Assembly (NCBI GenBank): GCA_035691305.1 | Contig: DASSJF010000038.1 | Span: 3,312 to 67,311 of the forward strand | Direction: 5' to 3' | Origin: a bacterium | GTDB taxonomy: Bacteria; Sysuimicrobiota; Sysuimicrobiia; Sysuimicrobiales; Segetimicrobiaceae | Length of the DNA: 64,000 nucleotides | In this document: piece by piece, positions 1-10,360 of the stretch | Layout of the letters: each line of letters begins with the position of its first letter | Position numbering within the stretch: position 1 is the first letter of the stretch | Position numbers and translations under genes: made by a program | Notes under the pieces: generated by a model | Seen by the model: only the letters and a program-made list of their open reading frames with translations | Database searches by the model: none | What the model was told of the DNA's origin: nothing

Positions 1-62
1 TGAACGCTGACCAGCAGGCCGAGCGCGAGGCCGGCCAGGAGACCTACGATCGGCAGCCACAC
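1..62 (-). CDS. small basic membrane protein (Sbp/DUF1290-like), N-terminal fragment; gene runs off the window
   Basis: GTG at 62..60 with GGGAGGG 7 nt upstream. Reads VWLPIVGLLAGLALGLLVSV, the hydrophobic start typical of Sbp genes that follow DUF881 genes in division clusters. Truncated by the window edge. Confidence 0.5.
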   Translation of the reverse strand, partial: MWLPIVGLLAGLALGLLVSV

Positions 63-66
63 AGCG

Positions 67-822
67 CTACCCTCCCGTCCCGGCCGGCTTAGCGTAGCGG
101 TACACGAACCCGCCGCTGTACGCGGGCACCAACAGGTCGGTGCCCGGCGTCACGGTCACCGGGAACTCGAACGCCCGCAGTTGGTCCAGAATCCCGCCGC
201 GCGCCTGCGCGGCGACCATCATCGCGTCCGTGTTGCCGACGGCGACGATCCGGTACGGCGGGGCCATGCGCCGCGTGTTGCACAGGATTGTGGTCCCGAC
301 GCACGACAAACCGGTCGTCGCCATGATGCGCTCGTCGTTCACCGCGACGGCTTCGGCCCCCGCCGCCCACAGCATGTTGACCACGGCGCGAACGTCGGAG
401 TAGTGGATCAGCACCAGGTTCGGATCCTCGCCCGGCCGAAGCGGCCTCCGGCTGTCGGTGATCGTCACCGACACACCCGGCCCGCGCACCGCGGTCAGGG
501 CGGCCGCGGACCGCAACTTGGCGAGGTCTTCCGTCAGGGAAGCGGCGACGCGCCGATCGCCCGCGGCGCGCTGCTCGTCGTCCGCGATCTCGCGTCGGAG
601 ATCGGCGATCTCCGCGCGCATCGCCGCCTGGCGCCCTTCCTCCGCACGGTACCGGTAGGCCACCTCGTCGAGACGGCCCGAGCTGACCTGGAGGCCGGTT
701 TCAATCGACTGTTCTGTGCGTGACTGCACGGCAAAGACGAAGCCGACCGCAACCGCAACGGCGGTCAGCGCGACCTGCCACCGGCGGATGCCCGCACCCG
801 CGGCGCGCCCGCGGAACCTCAT
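67..822 (-). CDS. DUF881 family division/sporulation-associated membrane protein (YlxW/YlxX-like)
   Basis: ORF 67..903 trimmed to ATG 822 (ATGA overlap with the upstream stop at 819). Has an N-terminal TM helix, a coiled coil (RAEIADLRREIADDEQ) and a DUF881-type C-terminal domain (GPGVSVTITD...VNMLWAAGAEAVAVNDERI). Confidence 0.8.
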   Translation of the reverse strand: MRFRGRAAGAGIRRWQVALTAVAVAVGFVFAVQSRTEQSIETGLQVSSGRLDEVAYRYRAEEGRQAAMRAEIADLRREIADDEQRAAGDRRVAASLTEDLAKLRSAAALTAVRGPGVSVTITDSRRPLRPGEDPNLVLIHYSDVRAVVNMLWAAGAEAVAVNDERIMATTGLSCVGTTILCNTRRMAPPYRIVAVGNTDAMMVAAQARGGILDQLRAFEFPVTVTPGTDLLVPAYSGGFVYRYAKPAGTGG

Positions 823-1724
823 GCGGGCGCTCCCATCCGATCGAAGAGGCGGCCCGCTTCGCGGCCCCTCGGCGTCACCCGAAGCACGCCCCACTGGACG
901 CATTGGACCGCGCGCGCCGCGACATCCGGCGCCGCTACGACGAGCCGCCGTCCCACCGGGTCCACGTCGACGATTGTACCCATCGCCATGATGGTACCAC
1001 GGCGGGCGGCCAGCCCGACCAGCAGGTGTCGGAGCGCGTCCCGAGGGATGTCGGCAAGGACGCGGGACGGTGCGACCCGCCGTCCGCGATAGACGGCCGG
1101 GCGCTGCGGAATCACGTCGCGAAGATCGAGCACGAGTTCTGCGGCCCCGGCGAAGTAGGCGGCAAACCGCCCCTCGCGACGCGCGCGCCGTTCCGCGGCC
1201 GAGCGGCGCCTGACGGCGGGCGCGGGGCGCAGCCTGTGCACGACGGTGTCATGAGAAACGCGCGCGAGAATCGGCTCGGCTTCGCAGCCGCGCTGAATGG
1301 CCACGAGGTGCCGCGGGGCCAGCAGCCGGATCTTACGGACTTTCGCGGCGGCGCCCGCGCCTTCGATCCACCCCGTCGTATCGACGACCACGATCTCTGC
1401 CCCCTCGCGCCGGGCGCGCCGGGTCAGCTCGAGCGTTCCCTGGAGAAGGTACCGGTACACCCGCTGGGGGGTCGTGTCGCCGACGAACCAGAGCCCGGCC
1501 GGCGGAATGGCATCCATGCGGCGGACCGGCGTCCGCACCGGCCCCCAGCCGACGGCGGCCGGCGGCCCCAGATCAGACTGGCCCGTATCGGCGTCGACAA
1601 CCGCCGCCGCGACGCCCGCGCGCGCGGCCGCGGCGGCCAGATGCGTCGCGGTGGTCGTCTTGCCGACGTCCACCGCCCCGAGCATCATCACGGTTCCGGG
1701 CAAGGCCACGACGGCGGAAGCCAC
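819..1724 (-). CDS. Clp1/Grc3-like P-loop polynucleotide 5'-kinase family protein
   Basis: Walker A GAVDVGKTT, then VVDADTGQSDLGPP, FVGDTTPQ and VVVDTTGWIEG, the motif series of Clp1-type kinases. GTG start lies 29 nt after the atpD stop; the stop overlaps the DUF881 start. Confidence 0.65.
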   Translation of the reverse strand: MASAVVALPGTVMMLGAVDVGKTTTATHLAAAAARAGVAAAVVDADTGQSDLGPPAAVGWGPVRTPVRRMDAIPPAGLWFVGDTTPQRVYRYLLQGTLELTRRARREGAEIVVVDTTGWIEGAGAAAKVRKIRLLAPRHLVAIQRGCEAEPILARVSHDTVVHRLRPAPAVRRRSAAERRARREGRFAAYFAGAAELVLDLRDVIPQRPAVYRGRRVAPSRVLADIPRDALRHLLVGLAARRGTIMAMGTIVDVDPVGRRLVVAAPDVAARAVQCVQWGVLRVTPRGREAGRLFDRMGAPA

Positions 1725-1753
1725 CGTGTGCCAATCGCCACCGCCCGGGACGT

Positions 1754-2389
1754 TCAGTTCTTCGCGCTCTCCAGCTTCTGCTTGATTCGCTTCAGCCGGA
1801 AGACGTCTTCGCGGGCCCGCTGCTCCAGCACGTCGCGGATGTACCGGATCTCGCCGCGCACACGCGGGATCACGACCTGTTCCAGCGCGTTGACCCGGCG
1901 CGTCGTCTTCTTGATCTCTTCGCCGATCTTCCTCAACGTGATCTCAGTCCCGGCCACCTCGAGGAGCGCGTCCACGACGTCTTCGAACCGGTCGGCGCTC
2001 TCGATCGTGCGCGCCGACACGGACGCGGGATCGACGTTGCGCTCCAGCAGGGACCGCTTGACGCCGTTCGTCGCGATGCTGGGGATACGCGTGCCCCAGA
2101 CGTTCTTGGTGTCGATCCCGACCTCCAGGCGGCGGGGATCCGCCAGCGCGACGGCCTCGAGCGTCTCCCGGCCCTCGACGGCCTTGGTCAGCCCGAGCAG
2201 CGTGTAGGACTGCTCCGCGGACTGCGTGAGCTTCTCGCGCGCGGCCAGCGCCCGCCGCACGATATTGAAGAAGTCCGCCACAAGCGCGTCCCGCTTTTTC
2301 TTCAGGAGGTCGACACCCTGCTGCGCCAGCTTCACCTGGTTCTGGCGCTGCAGCAGGTTCATTCGGGTGGGGCTGATCGTCTCAGCCAT
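1754..2389 (-). CDS. atpD: V/A-type ATP synthase subunit D
   Basis: 211 aa, MAETISPTRMNLLQRQNQVKLAQQGVDLLKKKRDALV matches the V-type central-stalk D subunit. GAGGAG SD upstream. Last gene of the operon. Confidence 0.95.
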   Translation of the reverse strand: MAETISPTRMNLLQRQNQVKLAQQGVDLLKKKRDALVADFFNIVRRALAAREKLTQSAEQSYTLLGLTKAVEGRETLEAVALADPRRLEVGIDTKNVWGTRIPSIATNGVKRSLLERNVDPASVSARTIESADRFEDVVDALLEVAGTEITLRKIGEEIKKTTRRVNALEQVVIPRVRGEIRYIRDVLEQRAREDVFRLKRIKQKLESAKN

Positions 2390-2435
2390 AACGGCTTCTC
2401 CTCATGTTATCCGAGCGACGGAGGGGACCCCGCCC

Positions 2436-3851
2436 CTACCGCACCTCGCCGGGGCGGAACATCTTGTCGGCCTGCTCCCCGTAGTAGTACTTGTCTACGT
2501 GGTCGCGGCTGATGCGCGTCAGCGCGGTCTTCGGGAACACCGACAGCAGCTTCCAGCCGAGCGTCAGCGAGTCCTGAATGGAGCGGTCGCTGTTGCCTTG
2601 GTTGATGAACTCTTTCTCGAACGAGTCGGCGAACTTCAGGTACAGCCGGTCGTTCTCGGTGAGCGCCTCCTCACCGATGATCGCGACGAGTCGGCGGAGG
2701 TCGAGGCCCTGCGCGTACGCGGAGTAGAGCTGGTCGGCGACCTGCCGGTGGTCCTCGCGCGTGCGGCCCCGTCCGATGCCGTTGTTCATGAGCCGCGAGA
2801 GGCTCGGCAGCGGGTTGATCGGCGGGTAGATGCCCTGCCGGTGGAGCGGCCGCGCCAGCACGAGCTGGCCCTCCGTGATGTAGCCGGTAAGGTCGGCGAT
2901 CGGGTGCGTGATGTCGTCGTCCGGCATTGTGAGGATCGGGAATTGCGTGATCGTGCCCTTCTTGCCCTTGATGCGGCCGGCGCGCTCGTAGATGCTGGCG
3001 AGGTCGGTGTACATGTAGCCGGGGTAGCCGCGGCGCCCGGGGATCTCTTCGCGCGCCGCGCCGATCTCGCGCAGGGCCTCGCAGTAGTTCGTCATGTCGG
3101 TGAGGATGACGAGCACCTGCATGTCGAGCTCGTACGCGAGGTACTCCGCGACGGTGAGCGCGGTCCGCGGTGTCATCAGGCGCTCGATCGTCGGGTCGTC
3201 GGCCAGATTCATGAACACCACGCTGCGCGCGAGGGCCCCCGTCGTCTCGAACTCCTGGATGAAGAACGCGGCCTCGCGCTGAGTGATCCCCATCGCGCCG
3301 AACACGACCGAGAACTGCTCCGCCTCGCCGAGCACTTTCGACTGGCGCGCGATCTGCGCCGCGATCTCGTTCGCGGGCAGGCCGGCGCCGGAGAAGATCG
3401 GCAGCTTCTGGCCCCGGACCAGCGTGTTCATTACGTCGATCGTCGAGATGCCGGTTTGGATGAATTCCGCCGGCTTCTCCCGCGCCACCGGGTTGATCGG
3501 GGCGCCGAGGATCGGCAGGCGCTTCTCGGGGATGATCGGCGGCAGGCCGTCGATCGGATCGCCGAGACCGTTGAACCGCCGGCCGATCATCTCGCGGCTG
3601 ACGCCGATCCGCGCGACGTCCTCGCGCAGGCTGAGCGACGTTTTCGCGAGGTCCATGCCGCGCGTTTCTTCGAACACCTGGATGACCGCGTTTTTCTCCG
3701 AGACTTCGATGACCTGCCCGCCGCGCACGCTGCCGTCCTGCACGTGGATCTCGACGATCGCGCCGTAGGCGAGGTCCCGGGCGCCCTCGACAAACAGCAG
3801 CGGGCCCGAGATGTAGTTGATGCTCGTGTAGCGCTTGGTGGCGAGATCCAT
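2436..3851 (-). CDS. atpB: V/A-type ATP synthase subunit B
   Basis: ORF 2436..3902 trimmed to ATG 3851 (GGAGGAG SD, starts 1 nt after the atpA stop). [23 protein letters not shown] and the rest align with the non-catalytic B subunit. Confidence 0.95.
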   Translation of the reverse strand: MDLATKRYTSINYISGPLLFVEGARDLAYGAIVEIHVQDGSVRGGQVIEVSEKNAVIQVFEETRGMDLAKTSLSLREDVARIGVSREMIGRRFNGLGDPIDGLPPIIPEKRLPILGAPINPVAREKPAEFIQTGISTIDVMNTLVRGQKLPIFSGAGLPANEIAAQIARQSKVLGEAEQFSVVFGAMGITQREAAFFIQEFETTGALARSVVFMNLADDPTIERLMTPRTALTVAEYLAYELDMQVLVILTDMTNYCEALREIGAAREEIPGRRGYPGYMYTDLASIYERAGRIKGKKGTITQFPILTMPDDDITHPIADLTGYITEGQLVLARPLHRQGIYPPINPLPSLSRLMNNGIGRGRTREDHRQVADQLYSAYAQGLDLRRLVAIIGEEALTENDRLYLKFADSFEKEFINQGNSDRSIQDSLTLGWKLLSVFPKTALTRISRDHVDKYYYGEQADKMFRPGEVR

Positions 3852-3852
3852 G

Positions 3853-5679
3853 TCAGCTCCTCCGCCCGTCGCCCGACGCCGCGCCCGCCGACGCCTGCGC
3901 ATCCCGCGGGCTCGTCCCCGCGGCGGCCTCGCCGCCTGCCTTCGCGAACGTCTGCGCGAGCCCGTCCATGAACTCCTTGAGCGCCGCCGGAAACTTGTCG
4001 TTCGGCACTTCCTTGAACCGCGCGATCCGCTCGTTCTGCGGCAGGTTGAGGATCTCGTCGATCGTCATCCCCCGCTGCAGACCCTCGAGCGAGGCTTCGT
4101 AGAACGCCCGGATCCCTTGGATCATCCCGTAGGCCTTCTCGAGCGAGCACGACGCGTCGACGTCGCTGAACGCGCTCTGCTGCAGGTAGAATTCACGGAT
4201 CATGCGCCCGGCCTCGATCACCATGCGCTCCGCGTCCTGGAGCGCGTCGGGGCCGACCAGTTGGACGACCTCCTGCAGGCCCGCCTCGCGCGCGAGGATC
4301 GCGCTCAGCCACGTGCGCTGGTCGGCGAAATCCTCCGCCACCTGCTTCGCGTACCACGGCGCGAGCAGCGCCTCGTACAGGCTGTAGGACCGGTTCCAGT
4401 TGATCGCCGGGAAGTGGCGGCGGTAGGCAAGCTGCGCGTCGAGCGACCAGAACGTGCCGACGATGCGCAGCGTGCTCTGGGTGACCGGCTCGGACAGGTC
4501 GCCGCCCGGCGGCGAGACGGCGCCGACGACCGTGACGGCCCCGATGCGCTCGTCCTTGCCGAGGACGACGGCGCGTCCCGCCCGCTCGTAGAACGCGGAC
4601 AGGCGGCTCGCGAGGTACGGCGGGTAGCCTTCCTCCGCCGGCATCTCCTCCAGGCGGGACGAAATCTCGCGCAGCGCTTCCGCCCAGCGGCTCGTGCTGT
4701 CGGCCATCAGCGCGACGCGGTAGCCCATGTCGCGGAAGTACTCCGCCATCGTGACCCCGGTGTAGATGCTGGCCTCGCGCGCCGCGACCGGCATGTTCGA
4801 GGTGTTGGCGACGAGGATCGTCCGCTCCATGAGCGGCCGGCCGTTGCGCGGGTCTTCGAGCTCCGGAAACTCCGTCAGCACGTCGGTCATCTCGTTGCCG
4901 CGCTCGCCGCAGCCGACGTAGACGATGATGTCGGCGTTGGACCACTTCGAGAGCGTCTGCTGCACGACGGTCTTGCCGCTGCCGAAGGGGCCGGGGACCG
5001 ACGCGGTCCCGCCCATCGCCACCGGGAACAGCACGTCCAGGATCCGCTGGCCGGTGATGAACAGCTCCGTCGGGTCGAGCTTGCGGGCGGCGGGTCGCGG
5101 CACGCGCACGGGCCACGTCTGCATCATCCGCAGCTCGGCGCCGTTCGTGAGGCGGGCGACGACATCGGTCACCGTGAAGTCGCCGCTCTTGATCTCGGCG
5201 ATCTCACCGGCCGGGGCGTCCGGCGGCACCATGATCCGGTGGGCGTAGGAGTACTCCTGGACCTCCCCGAGCACGTCGCCCGGCCCGACCCGCTCACCGG
5301 CCTTCGCCGACGCCTTGAACGCCCACTTTTTCGCCCGATCCAGCGAGTCGACGACCACGCCGCGCGAGATGAAGTCGCCCTGCGCGTCGCGGATCTTGTC
5401 GAGCGGCCGCTGGATGCCGTCGTAGATGCTGCTCAGCATGCCCGGGCCGAGTTCGAGGGCGAGCGGGGCTTCGGTCGACTCGATCGGCTCCCCGACGTAC
5501 AGGCCCGACGTGTCCTCGTAGACCTGGACGAACGCCGTGTCGCCGTCGAGGCGGATGATCTCGCCGATCAGCTTCTCCTTGCCGACGCGGACGATGTCGT
5601 ACATCCGCGCGCCGGCCAGACCTTCGGCGATGACCGCGGGGCCCGAGATACGCGTGATCTTGCCGGTTGGTGCCGCCAT
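3853..5679 (-). CDS. atpA: V/A-type ATP synthase catalytic subunit A
   Basis: ORF trimmed to ATG 5679 (GGAGGAGAAGGG directly upstream). Walker [10 protein letters not shown]. Overall A-subunit sequence. Confidence 0.95.
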   Translation of the reverse strand: MAAPTGKITRISGPAVIAEGLAGARMYDIVRVGKEKLIGEIIRLDGDTAFVQVYEDTSGLYVGEPIESTEAPLALELGPGMLSSIYDGIQRPLDKIRDAQGDFISRGVVVDSLDRAKKWAFKASAKAGERVGPGDVLGEVQEYSYAHRIMVPPDAPAGEIAEIKSGDFTVTDVVARLTNGAELRMMQTWPVRVPRPAARKLDPTELFITGQRILDVLFPVAMGGTASVPGPFGSGKTVVQQTLSKWSNADIIVYVGCGERGNEMTDVLTEFPELEDPRNGRPLMERTILVANTSNMPVAAREASIYTGVTMAEYFRDMGYRVALMADSTSRWAEALREISSRLEEMPAEEGYPPYLASRLSAFYERAGRAVVLGKDERIGAVTVVGAVSPPGGDLSEPVTQSTLRIVGTFWSLDAQLAYRRHFPAINWNRSYSLYEALLAPWYAKQVAEDFADQRTWLSAILAREAGLQEVVQLVGPDALQDAERMVIEAGRMIREFYLQQSAFSDVDASCSLEKAYGMIQGIRAFYEASLEGLQRGMTIDEILNLPQNERIARFKEVPNDKFPAALKEFMDGLAQTFAKAGGEAAAGTSPRDAQASAGAASGDGRRS

Positions 5680-5696
5680 CCCTTCTCCTCCGTCTC

Positions 5697-6014
5697 TCAC
5701 CGCAGCTTGACGGCGAATCCGATGTGCTCCTTCACCAGCCTGGAAATGTACGCCTCTCCGGACTCAAGGTTCGCGCGCGCCGGGGGCAGCGGCACGATCA
5801 GCGGCAGGTCGCGGCCCCGCAGGAGCCGCGTCCGCGCGTCCTCGGTGCCGTGCAGCAGGTCTTCGTTCACCGCGAGCAGCCCGTAGCCGGCCGCGGTCAG
5901 CTCGCGGATCAGCTCGAGCGCCTGCTCGGGCGTGCCCGCCTCGCGGACCTCGACGCCCGCGAGACGGAACCCCGTCGCCGTCTCGGGATCGGTGATCACC
6001 GCGACCTTATACAT
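5697..6014 (-). CDS. atpF: V/A-type ATP synthase subunit F
   Basis: 105 aa, [23 protein letters not shown]. Sits between C and A as in V-type operons. Confidence 0.9.
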   Translation of the reverse strand: MYKVAVITDPETATGFRLAGVEVREAGTPEQALELIRELTAAGYGLLAVNEDLLHGTEDARTRLLRGRDLPLIVPLPPARANLESGEAYISRLVKEHIGFAVKLR

Positions 6015-7032
6015 TCACGATCTCCTGGCGCGCGACGTCCGTCGCAAGCCCGAGCTGCCGCGCGTGCGCGATCACGCGCACGTTGGCGACTTCCGCCGCC
6101 TTGCGCGTGAGGTAGCCGACGACCACGTCGATGCCCAGCGGATCGCCGAGCAGCATCTGCGCGGCCATGCGCTGGACCCCGCGGTCGACGAACCGTTCCA
6201 TCTCGAGCAGGTCTTCCGTGCCCGTCAGATCCACGCCGAGGATCTTCGTGCCCTGGACGTCGGCGATGCTGGTCTGCGGATCGGCGAGTACGAGAAACCG
6301 CTCCCGCGAGATCGCACCGCCCAGCACGAAGAACTGGTCCCGCTCCTCGCGCGGGAGCTCCCGGATCCGCCGCAGACGCAGCGCGGTCTTGAAGTTCGTG
6401 GCGGTGACTTCCGCGCTGAGAAAGCGGCGGAAGCTCGTCTCGCCGTCCCCTTCGCCGTCGGCAACGCGGTAGCCGTACTGCGCGTACGCACGGTCGAGCG
6501 CGAGTTCGACGTCGAGCAGGCCGCCGCTCCGCTGCGCGGCATCCGCGCCTTCCCGCAGCGCCCGGCCCAGCGGATGCATCCAGGTCTGCAGCGTGTCCGC
6601 GATCGCGCGCAGGTCGGGCTGCTCGAGCAGCTCGCGCAGCCGGACCTCGCTGAGCGACCCGCCCGGGTAAAGGGTGGACAGGATGTCGTCGTCGGGCTTG
6701 TCCGTGTGCTTGCCGCGGACGATCGCGCGGATGTTCTGCAGATCATAGCGCAGCAGGACGACCTCGATCTGGCGCCGCTCCGCCCCGTCGGCAAAGCTCA
6801 GAATGCGGCGGGTCGCGTGGTAGAAGTTCTGCGCCAGCGCCTCGTCGATCGCCCGCACGCCGCCGAACCGGCTGAGGGCCTCCTGCAGCTCGGCGTTGTA
6901 CGGGGTGTCGACGAGCGCCTGAATAATCGCGGGGACATCCGGCGCCGCAAGCAGCTCCTCCAGACGCGACGGCGGAAGGAGCTGGGATTTCATGACCTTG
7001 ACCCGCGCGTTTATGTAGGAAAAATCACCCAC
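6007..7032 (-). CDS. atpC: V/A-type ATP synthase subunit C (eukaryotic d homolog)
   Basis: 341 aa, MGDFSYINARVKVMKSQLL start and all-helical sequence typical of subunit C. 8-nt overlap with atpF. Confidence 0.9.
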   Translation of the reverse strand: MGDFSYINARVKVMKSQLLPPSRLEELLAAPDVPAIIQALVDTPYNAELQEALSRFGGVRAIDEALAQNFYHATRRILSFADGAERRQIEVVLLRYDLQNIRAIVRGKHTDKPDDDILSTLYPGGSLSEVRLRELLEQPDLRAIADTLQTWMHPLGRALREGADAAQRSGGLLDVELALDRAYAQYGYRVADGEGDGETSFRRFLSAEVTATNFKTALRLRRIRELPREERDQFFVLGGAISRERFLVLADPQTSIADVQGTKILGVDLTGTEDLLEMERFVDRGVQRMAAQMLLGDPLGIDVVVGYLTRKAAEVANVRVIAHARQLGLATDVARQEIVNV

Positions 7033-7035
7033 GCC

Positions 7036-7623
7036 TCACCGGCTCCACAACGTCTCGGCGACCCGGGATACCATCTCCCGCCGGGCGTGGCTCAGGCGGC
7101 TACCGATCGTGTTCTCCACGACCACGCGGCCGTCCGGCGAGGCGACGCGGACACCGTCGGCGACGTCCCGCGCCTCGCGCACCTCGGCGTCGAGTCCGAG
7201 TTCGCGGCACGCGTCGCGAACCGTCTGGACGTCCGCGGGTGCCGTCTCCACCGTGAGGCGGCCGGAGAGGCCCCGCGCCGCCTCGCGCAGCAGCCCGCGG
7301 AGCACCGCGCCGCGCCGCTGCGAGTTGGCCCCGGCCGCGCCGGTGCGCAACTCGGCTTCCGCCTGCTCGAACACTTTGCGGATCGCCTCGTCTTTCGCGG
7401 CCAGCACGAGCGCGGCCGCGCGCAGGCTCGCGGTGCTGGTCGCCCGCGCCCGGGCCTGGGCCTGCTCCGCCTCCACGCGCCGGCGGGCCTCAGCCTCGAT
7501 CTCCTCGGCCTCCCGCGCCGCCGCCGCGGCGACCTCCTCGGCTTTGGCCTGCGCCTCGTTCAGCGCCTGGTCTTTCTCGACCCGCGCTTCCTGCTCGAGG
7601 AGCTGCATCAGCTGCGTTCCCAC
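7036..7623 (-). CDS. atpE: V/A-type ATP synthase subunit E (peripheral stalk)
   Basis: 195 aa with a charged coiled-coil N-terminus (EQEARVEKDQALNEAQAKAEE) and a globular C-terminus. Sits between K and C. GTG start with a GGAG SD. Confidence 0.85.
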   Translation of the reverse strand: MGTQLMQLLEQEARVEKDQALNEAQAKAEEVAAAAAREAEEIEAEARRRVEAEQAQARARATSTASLRAAALVLAAKDEAIRKVFEQAEAELRTGAAGANSQRRGAVLRGLLREAARGLSGRLTVETAPADVQTVRDACRELGLDAEVREARDVADGVRVASPDGRVVVENTIGSRLSHARREMVSRVAETLWSR

Positions 7624-7641
7624 GCGACCGCTCCGCCCGCC

Positions 7642-7965
7642 CTAGATCTTGCCGTACAGAAAGAACGCGATGACGAATCCGAAGATGACCAGCGTCTCGG
7701 GGATCACGAGCAGGATCAGCATCGTGCCGAACATCTCCGGCCGCTCGGCGATGACGCCCGCCGCCGCTCCGCCGATACGCGACTGCGCGATGCCGGTGCC
7801 GACCGCGCCGAGGCCGATCGCGAGGCCCGCGCCCACGCCCAAGAGGCCCGCCCCCGTGCCGGCCCCCGCCGCCTGCGCGGCCTGCTGCGCGCCCGCTCCC
7901 ATTGCCAAGAGCATCAGCCCGACGGCCGTCAGGCCGAGAACCGTCCACACTTTCCGAGACTTCAC
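7642..7965 (-). CDS. atpK: V/A-type ATP synthase proteolipid subunit K
   Basis: GTG 7965 (GTGA overlap with the atpI stop). Gly/Ala-rich helical hairpin with the carboxylate in LLVIPETLVIFGF. ORF-track entry 7642..8382 is an over-extension into atpI. Confidence 0.85.
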   Translation of the reverse strand: MKSRKVWTVLGLTAVGLMLLAMGAGAQQAAQAAGAGTGAGLLGVGAGLAIGLGAVGTGIAQSRIGGAAAGVIAERPEMFGTMLILLVIPETLVIFGFVIAFFLYGKI

Positions 7966-9917
7966 GCTCCACCCCCGCTGCGTTGAAATGGCCGGTACGG
8001 TCGACCGGTGTCCTGGTAGTATTTGAACTTGGAGAAAAACTCGACCCAGTTGAGCCGGGCGGGCTGCAGGATGTGCCCGATGATCGTCAGGCCGAAGAAC
8101 ATGATGTGCGCGACGGCGCCGACGAAAATGCCGATGATCAGCGCGGGCGCCTTCCCGCCGATGGTGTTCGCCACGATGGCGAGGGCGAGCGACGCGACGC
8201 CGACCGCGAAGATTCGGGCGTACGAGATGATCGCGCCGAACGTCGAGATCGATTCCATGATCCACATCGCGCTGCCGAAGCTGGCCGAGAACAGCAGCGA
8301 GAGGAGGAACAGCACCGCGCACCCCAGCATGACGGGGCTGAAGAACGACGACGGCAGCACGTGCACCTGCGTCGCGAGCCACAGGAACACCGTCGTCCCG
8401 CCGAAGAGAAGCGCCGCCGCCTCGAGAAATTCCGTCCGCTCACGGTGCCGGACGGCCTTCACCATCTCCATGAAGAGCCCGAGGTAGACCTGGGCGAGGC
8501 CGAAGCCCACCGACAGATAGAGGTAGGTATTGATCCCCTCGAGCCGGTCGAAAATCGGATGGAAGCCCGGGAACAGCCGCTGCGGAAGATCGCCGAAGAA
8601 CTCGCCGAAGACGATCCCGAAGAGGAACGTGAACGAGGTCATCCACGTGAGCAGCGCGACGACGCGCCGCATCACGACCGGCGTCAGCGTGAACCCGAAG
8701 TCCATGCCGGCCAGAACGACGCGCCACGGCTTCCCCGTCCGCGCCTTGCCCGCGAGCCACAGCGTGATTCCCAGCAGGAACAGGCCGTATCCGACGTCCC
8801 CGATGATGAGACCGACCCAGAGCGGCATCGAAATCGCGAACCAGATCGTCGGATCGAGCGTTCCGTACTTCGGCGGGTCGAAGATCGCGAGGAACATCTC
8901 GAACGGCTTGAGCCATCCGGGGTTGTCGAGCAGCACCGGCACGGCTTCCGCGTGGTGCACGGGGGCCGGCTCGTCGAAGACCATGACGCCGTCCGCGAAT
9001 CGCTTCTTGAGGCCCTCGCGCACCGCGGCGACGCGGGCGCTGGGCACCCAGCCGTATAGCACGAACGCGTACCGCGACTGCGGCGTCTGCGCCATCAGCT
9101 CGTAGCGGTGCACCGCGTCCCGCGCCACCACGGCGATCGCCGTCACTTCGGGCCGGTGCCGCCGGCTGAGCTCGATCAGCTGCCGCCGGCAATCCTCGAT
9201 CTCGCCCGGCAGCACGCGCGCCCGCTCCTGGAGGTGGGTCACGGCCTGCGGCAGCGGCATCCCGCGGACGCCGGCGGGCAGGCGGAGTTCGCTCGCCCCG
9301 GCACGGGTCAGCACGGGTCGCACCGCGTCCGCGTCGCGGCGGGCGTACGCCGCCACGACGGCGAGCCGGTGCGCGTCGAGCGCGCGGTTCACCACCTCGA
9401 CCCTGCCCTGCGTCGCCGCGGCCAGTTCGCCGCGCAGCGCCTCGAGCGCGCCCGGCTTCGCGTCGATGAGGAACCCGGCGGCCTCCAGCGTGCGGCTGCC
9501 CTGCAGCGGAGCCAGCAGGGGCGCGAGGATCTCGATCGCGCGCCCGTAGGCCTGGAGGATCTCCTGCTCCTCTTCCGCGTCCAAGAGGCGCCGCGTAAGA
9601 TCCTTGGCCTGCGTCTCCACGGCGTCGAGCCGCGCCCGCAGCGCCTCGGGCGACTGCGTTTCGTACGGTTCGGTGGACACGGGCGGAATCTCGAGGGCCG
9701 GGAGGAGCGCGAGAATCGCCTCGGCGCGGGTGCGCACCGCGTCGATCGTTTCGCGCGCCGCCTGGTCGCGTGCGTCGAGCGGCCGCGGGCCGATGCCGTC
9801 CTCGATCGGCCGGACGTGGTCGACATGCAGGCTGCCGAGGCCCTGAATCGCGCCGGCAACGTCCGCCTGCAGCCGCCGGGGCCCGAGCACGGTCACCCGG
9901 CTCATCGATACGATCAT
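7962..9917 (-). CDS. atpI: V/A-type ATP synthase subunit I (a-type stator/proton channel)
   Basis: 651 aa with a soluble N-terminal half followed by multiple TM helices, including the conserved-Arg helix ISYARIFAVGVASLAL. ATGA overlap with the upstream gene. Confidence 0.9.
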   Translation of the reverse strand: MIVSMSRVTVLGPRRLQADVAGAIQGLGSLHVDHVRPIEDGIGPRPLDARDQAARETIDAVRTRAEAILALLPALEIPPVSTEPYETQSPEALRARLDAVETQAKDLTRRLLDAEEEQEILQAYGRAIEILAPLLAPLQGSRTLEAAGFLIDAKPGALEALRGELAAATQGRVEVVNRALDAHRLAVVAAYARRDADAVRPVLTRAGASELRLPAGVRGMPLPQAVTHLQERARVLPGEIEDCRRQLIELSRRHRPEVTAIAVVARDAVHRYELMAQTPQSRYAFVLYGWVPSARVAAVREGLKKRFADGVMVFDEPAPVHHAEAVPVLLDNPGWLKPFEMFLAIFDPPKYGTLDPTIWFAISMPLWVGLIIGDVGYGLFLLGITLWLAGKARTGKPWRVVLAGMDFGFTLTPVVMRRVVALLTWMTSFTFLFGIVFGEFFGDLPQRLFPGFHPIFDRLEGINTYLYLSVGFGLAQVYLGLFMEMVKAVRHRERTEFLEAAALLFGGTTVFLWLATQVHVLPSSFFSPVMLGCAVLFLLSLLFSASFGSAMWIMESISTFGAIISYARIFAVGVASLALAIVANTIGGKAPALIIGIFVGAVAHIMFFGLTIIGHILQPARLNWVEFFSKFKYYQDTGRPYRPFQRSGGGA

Positions 9918-10264
9918 GCCTGGCTCCCGAGAACCTCGCGGACGACGAGCTCGACCGCCTTGGCGCGCCGCTCCTCCGCCTGCTTGCGGATGGCCGCGGC
10001 TTCCGCCTCGGCGCGCGCCACGATTTCCTTCCCGATGCGCTCGGCCTCGCGTGACGCCTCCGCGGAGGCGCCGGACGCGATGTCGCGGGCGCGGTCGCGG
10101 GCCCGCGCGCGCAGTTCCTCGCCCTGCCGCTGTGCCTGTTCCACGCGCCGGGTAGCCTCGGCGCGAGCGTCGGCGACCTGGCGCTGCAGCTCCTGTTCGC
10201 GCTGCGCGATCTCGCGGAGCAGGGCTTCACCCGATTGACTGCCGGGGGAATCGTGTGCGGTCAT
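9914..10264 (-). CDS. V/A-type ATP synthase small stalk subunit (G/H-like)
   Basis: ORF 9914..10405 trimmed to ATG 10264 (AGGAG about 9 nt upstream). 116 aa Ala/Glu/Arg coiled coil. First gene of the operon, as atpG is in the Thermus arrangement. Confidence 0.6.
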   Translation of the reverse strand: MTAHDSPGSQSGEALLREIAQREQELQRQVADARAEATRRVEQAQRQGEELRARARDRARDIASGASAEASREAERIGKEIVARAEAEAAAIRKQAEERRAKAVELVVREVLGSQA

Positions 10265-10286
10265 CTCGCATGCTCCTGCGTGGAAC

Positions 10287-10310
10287 AAAAAAATACCGTC
10301 CGTAGACCGT
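10287..10310 (-). terminator. candidate leader hairpin plus U7 tract in the V-ATPase 5' UTR
   Basis: RNA reads ACGGUC-UACG-GACGGU (one G.G mismatch, UACG tetraloop) followed by A-UUUUUUU. It lies between the predicted promoter and the SD. A 7-U run is rare in this GC-rich sequence. Confidence 0.3.
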
Positions 10311-10360
10311 GGTTGAGCCGCCTGCCGGCCCGCGGACGTTGGCGCTCCACTGCGGCCAAC

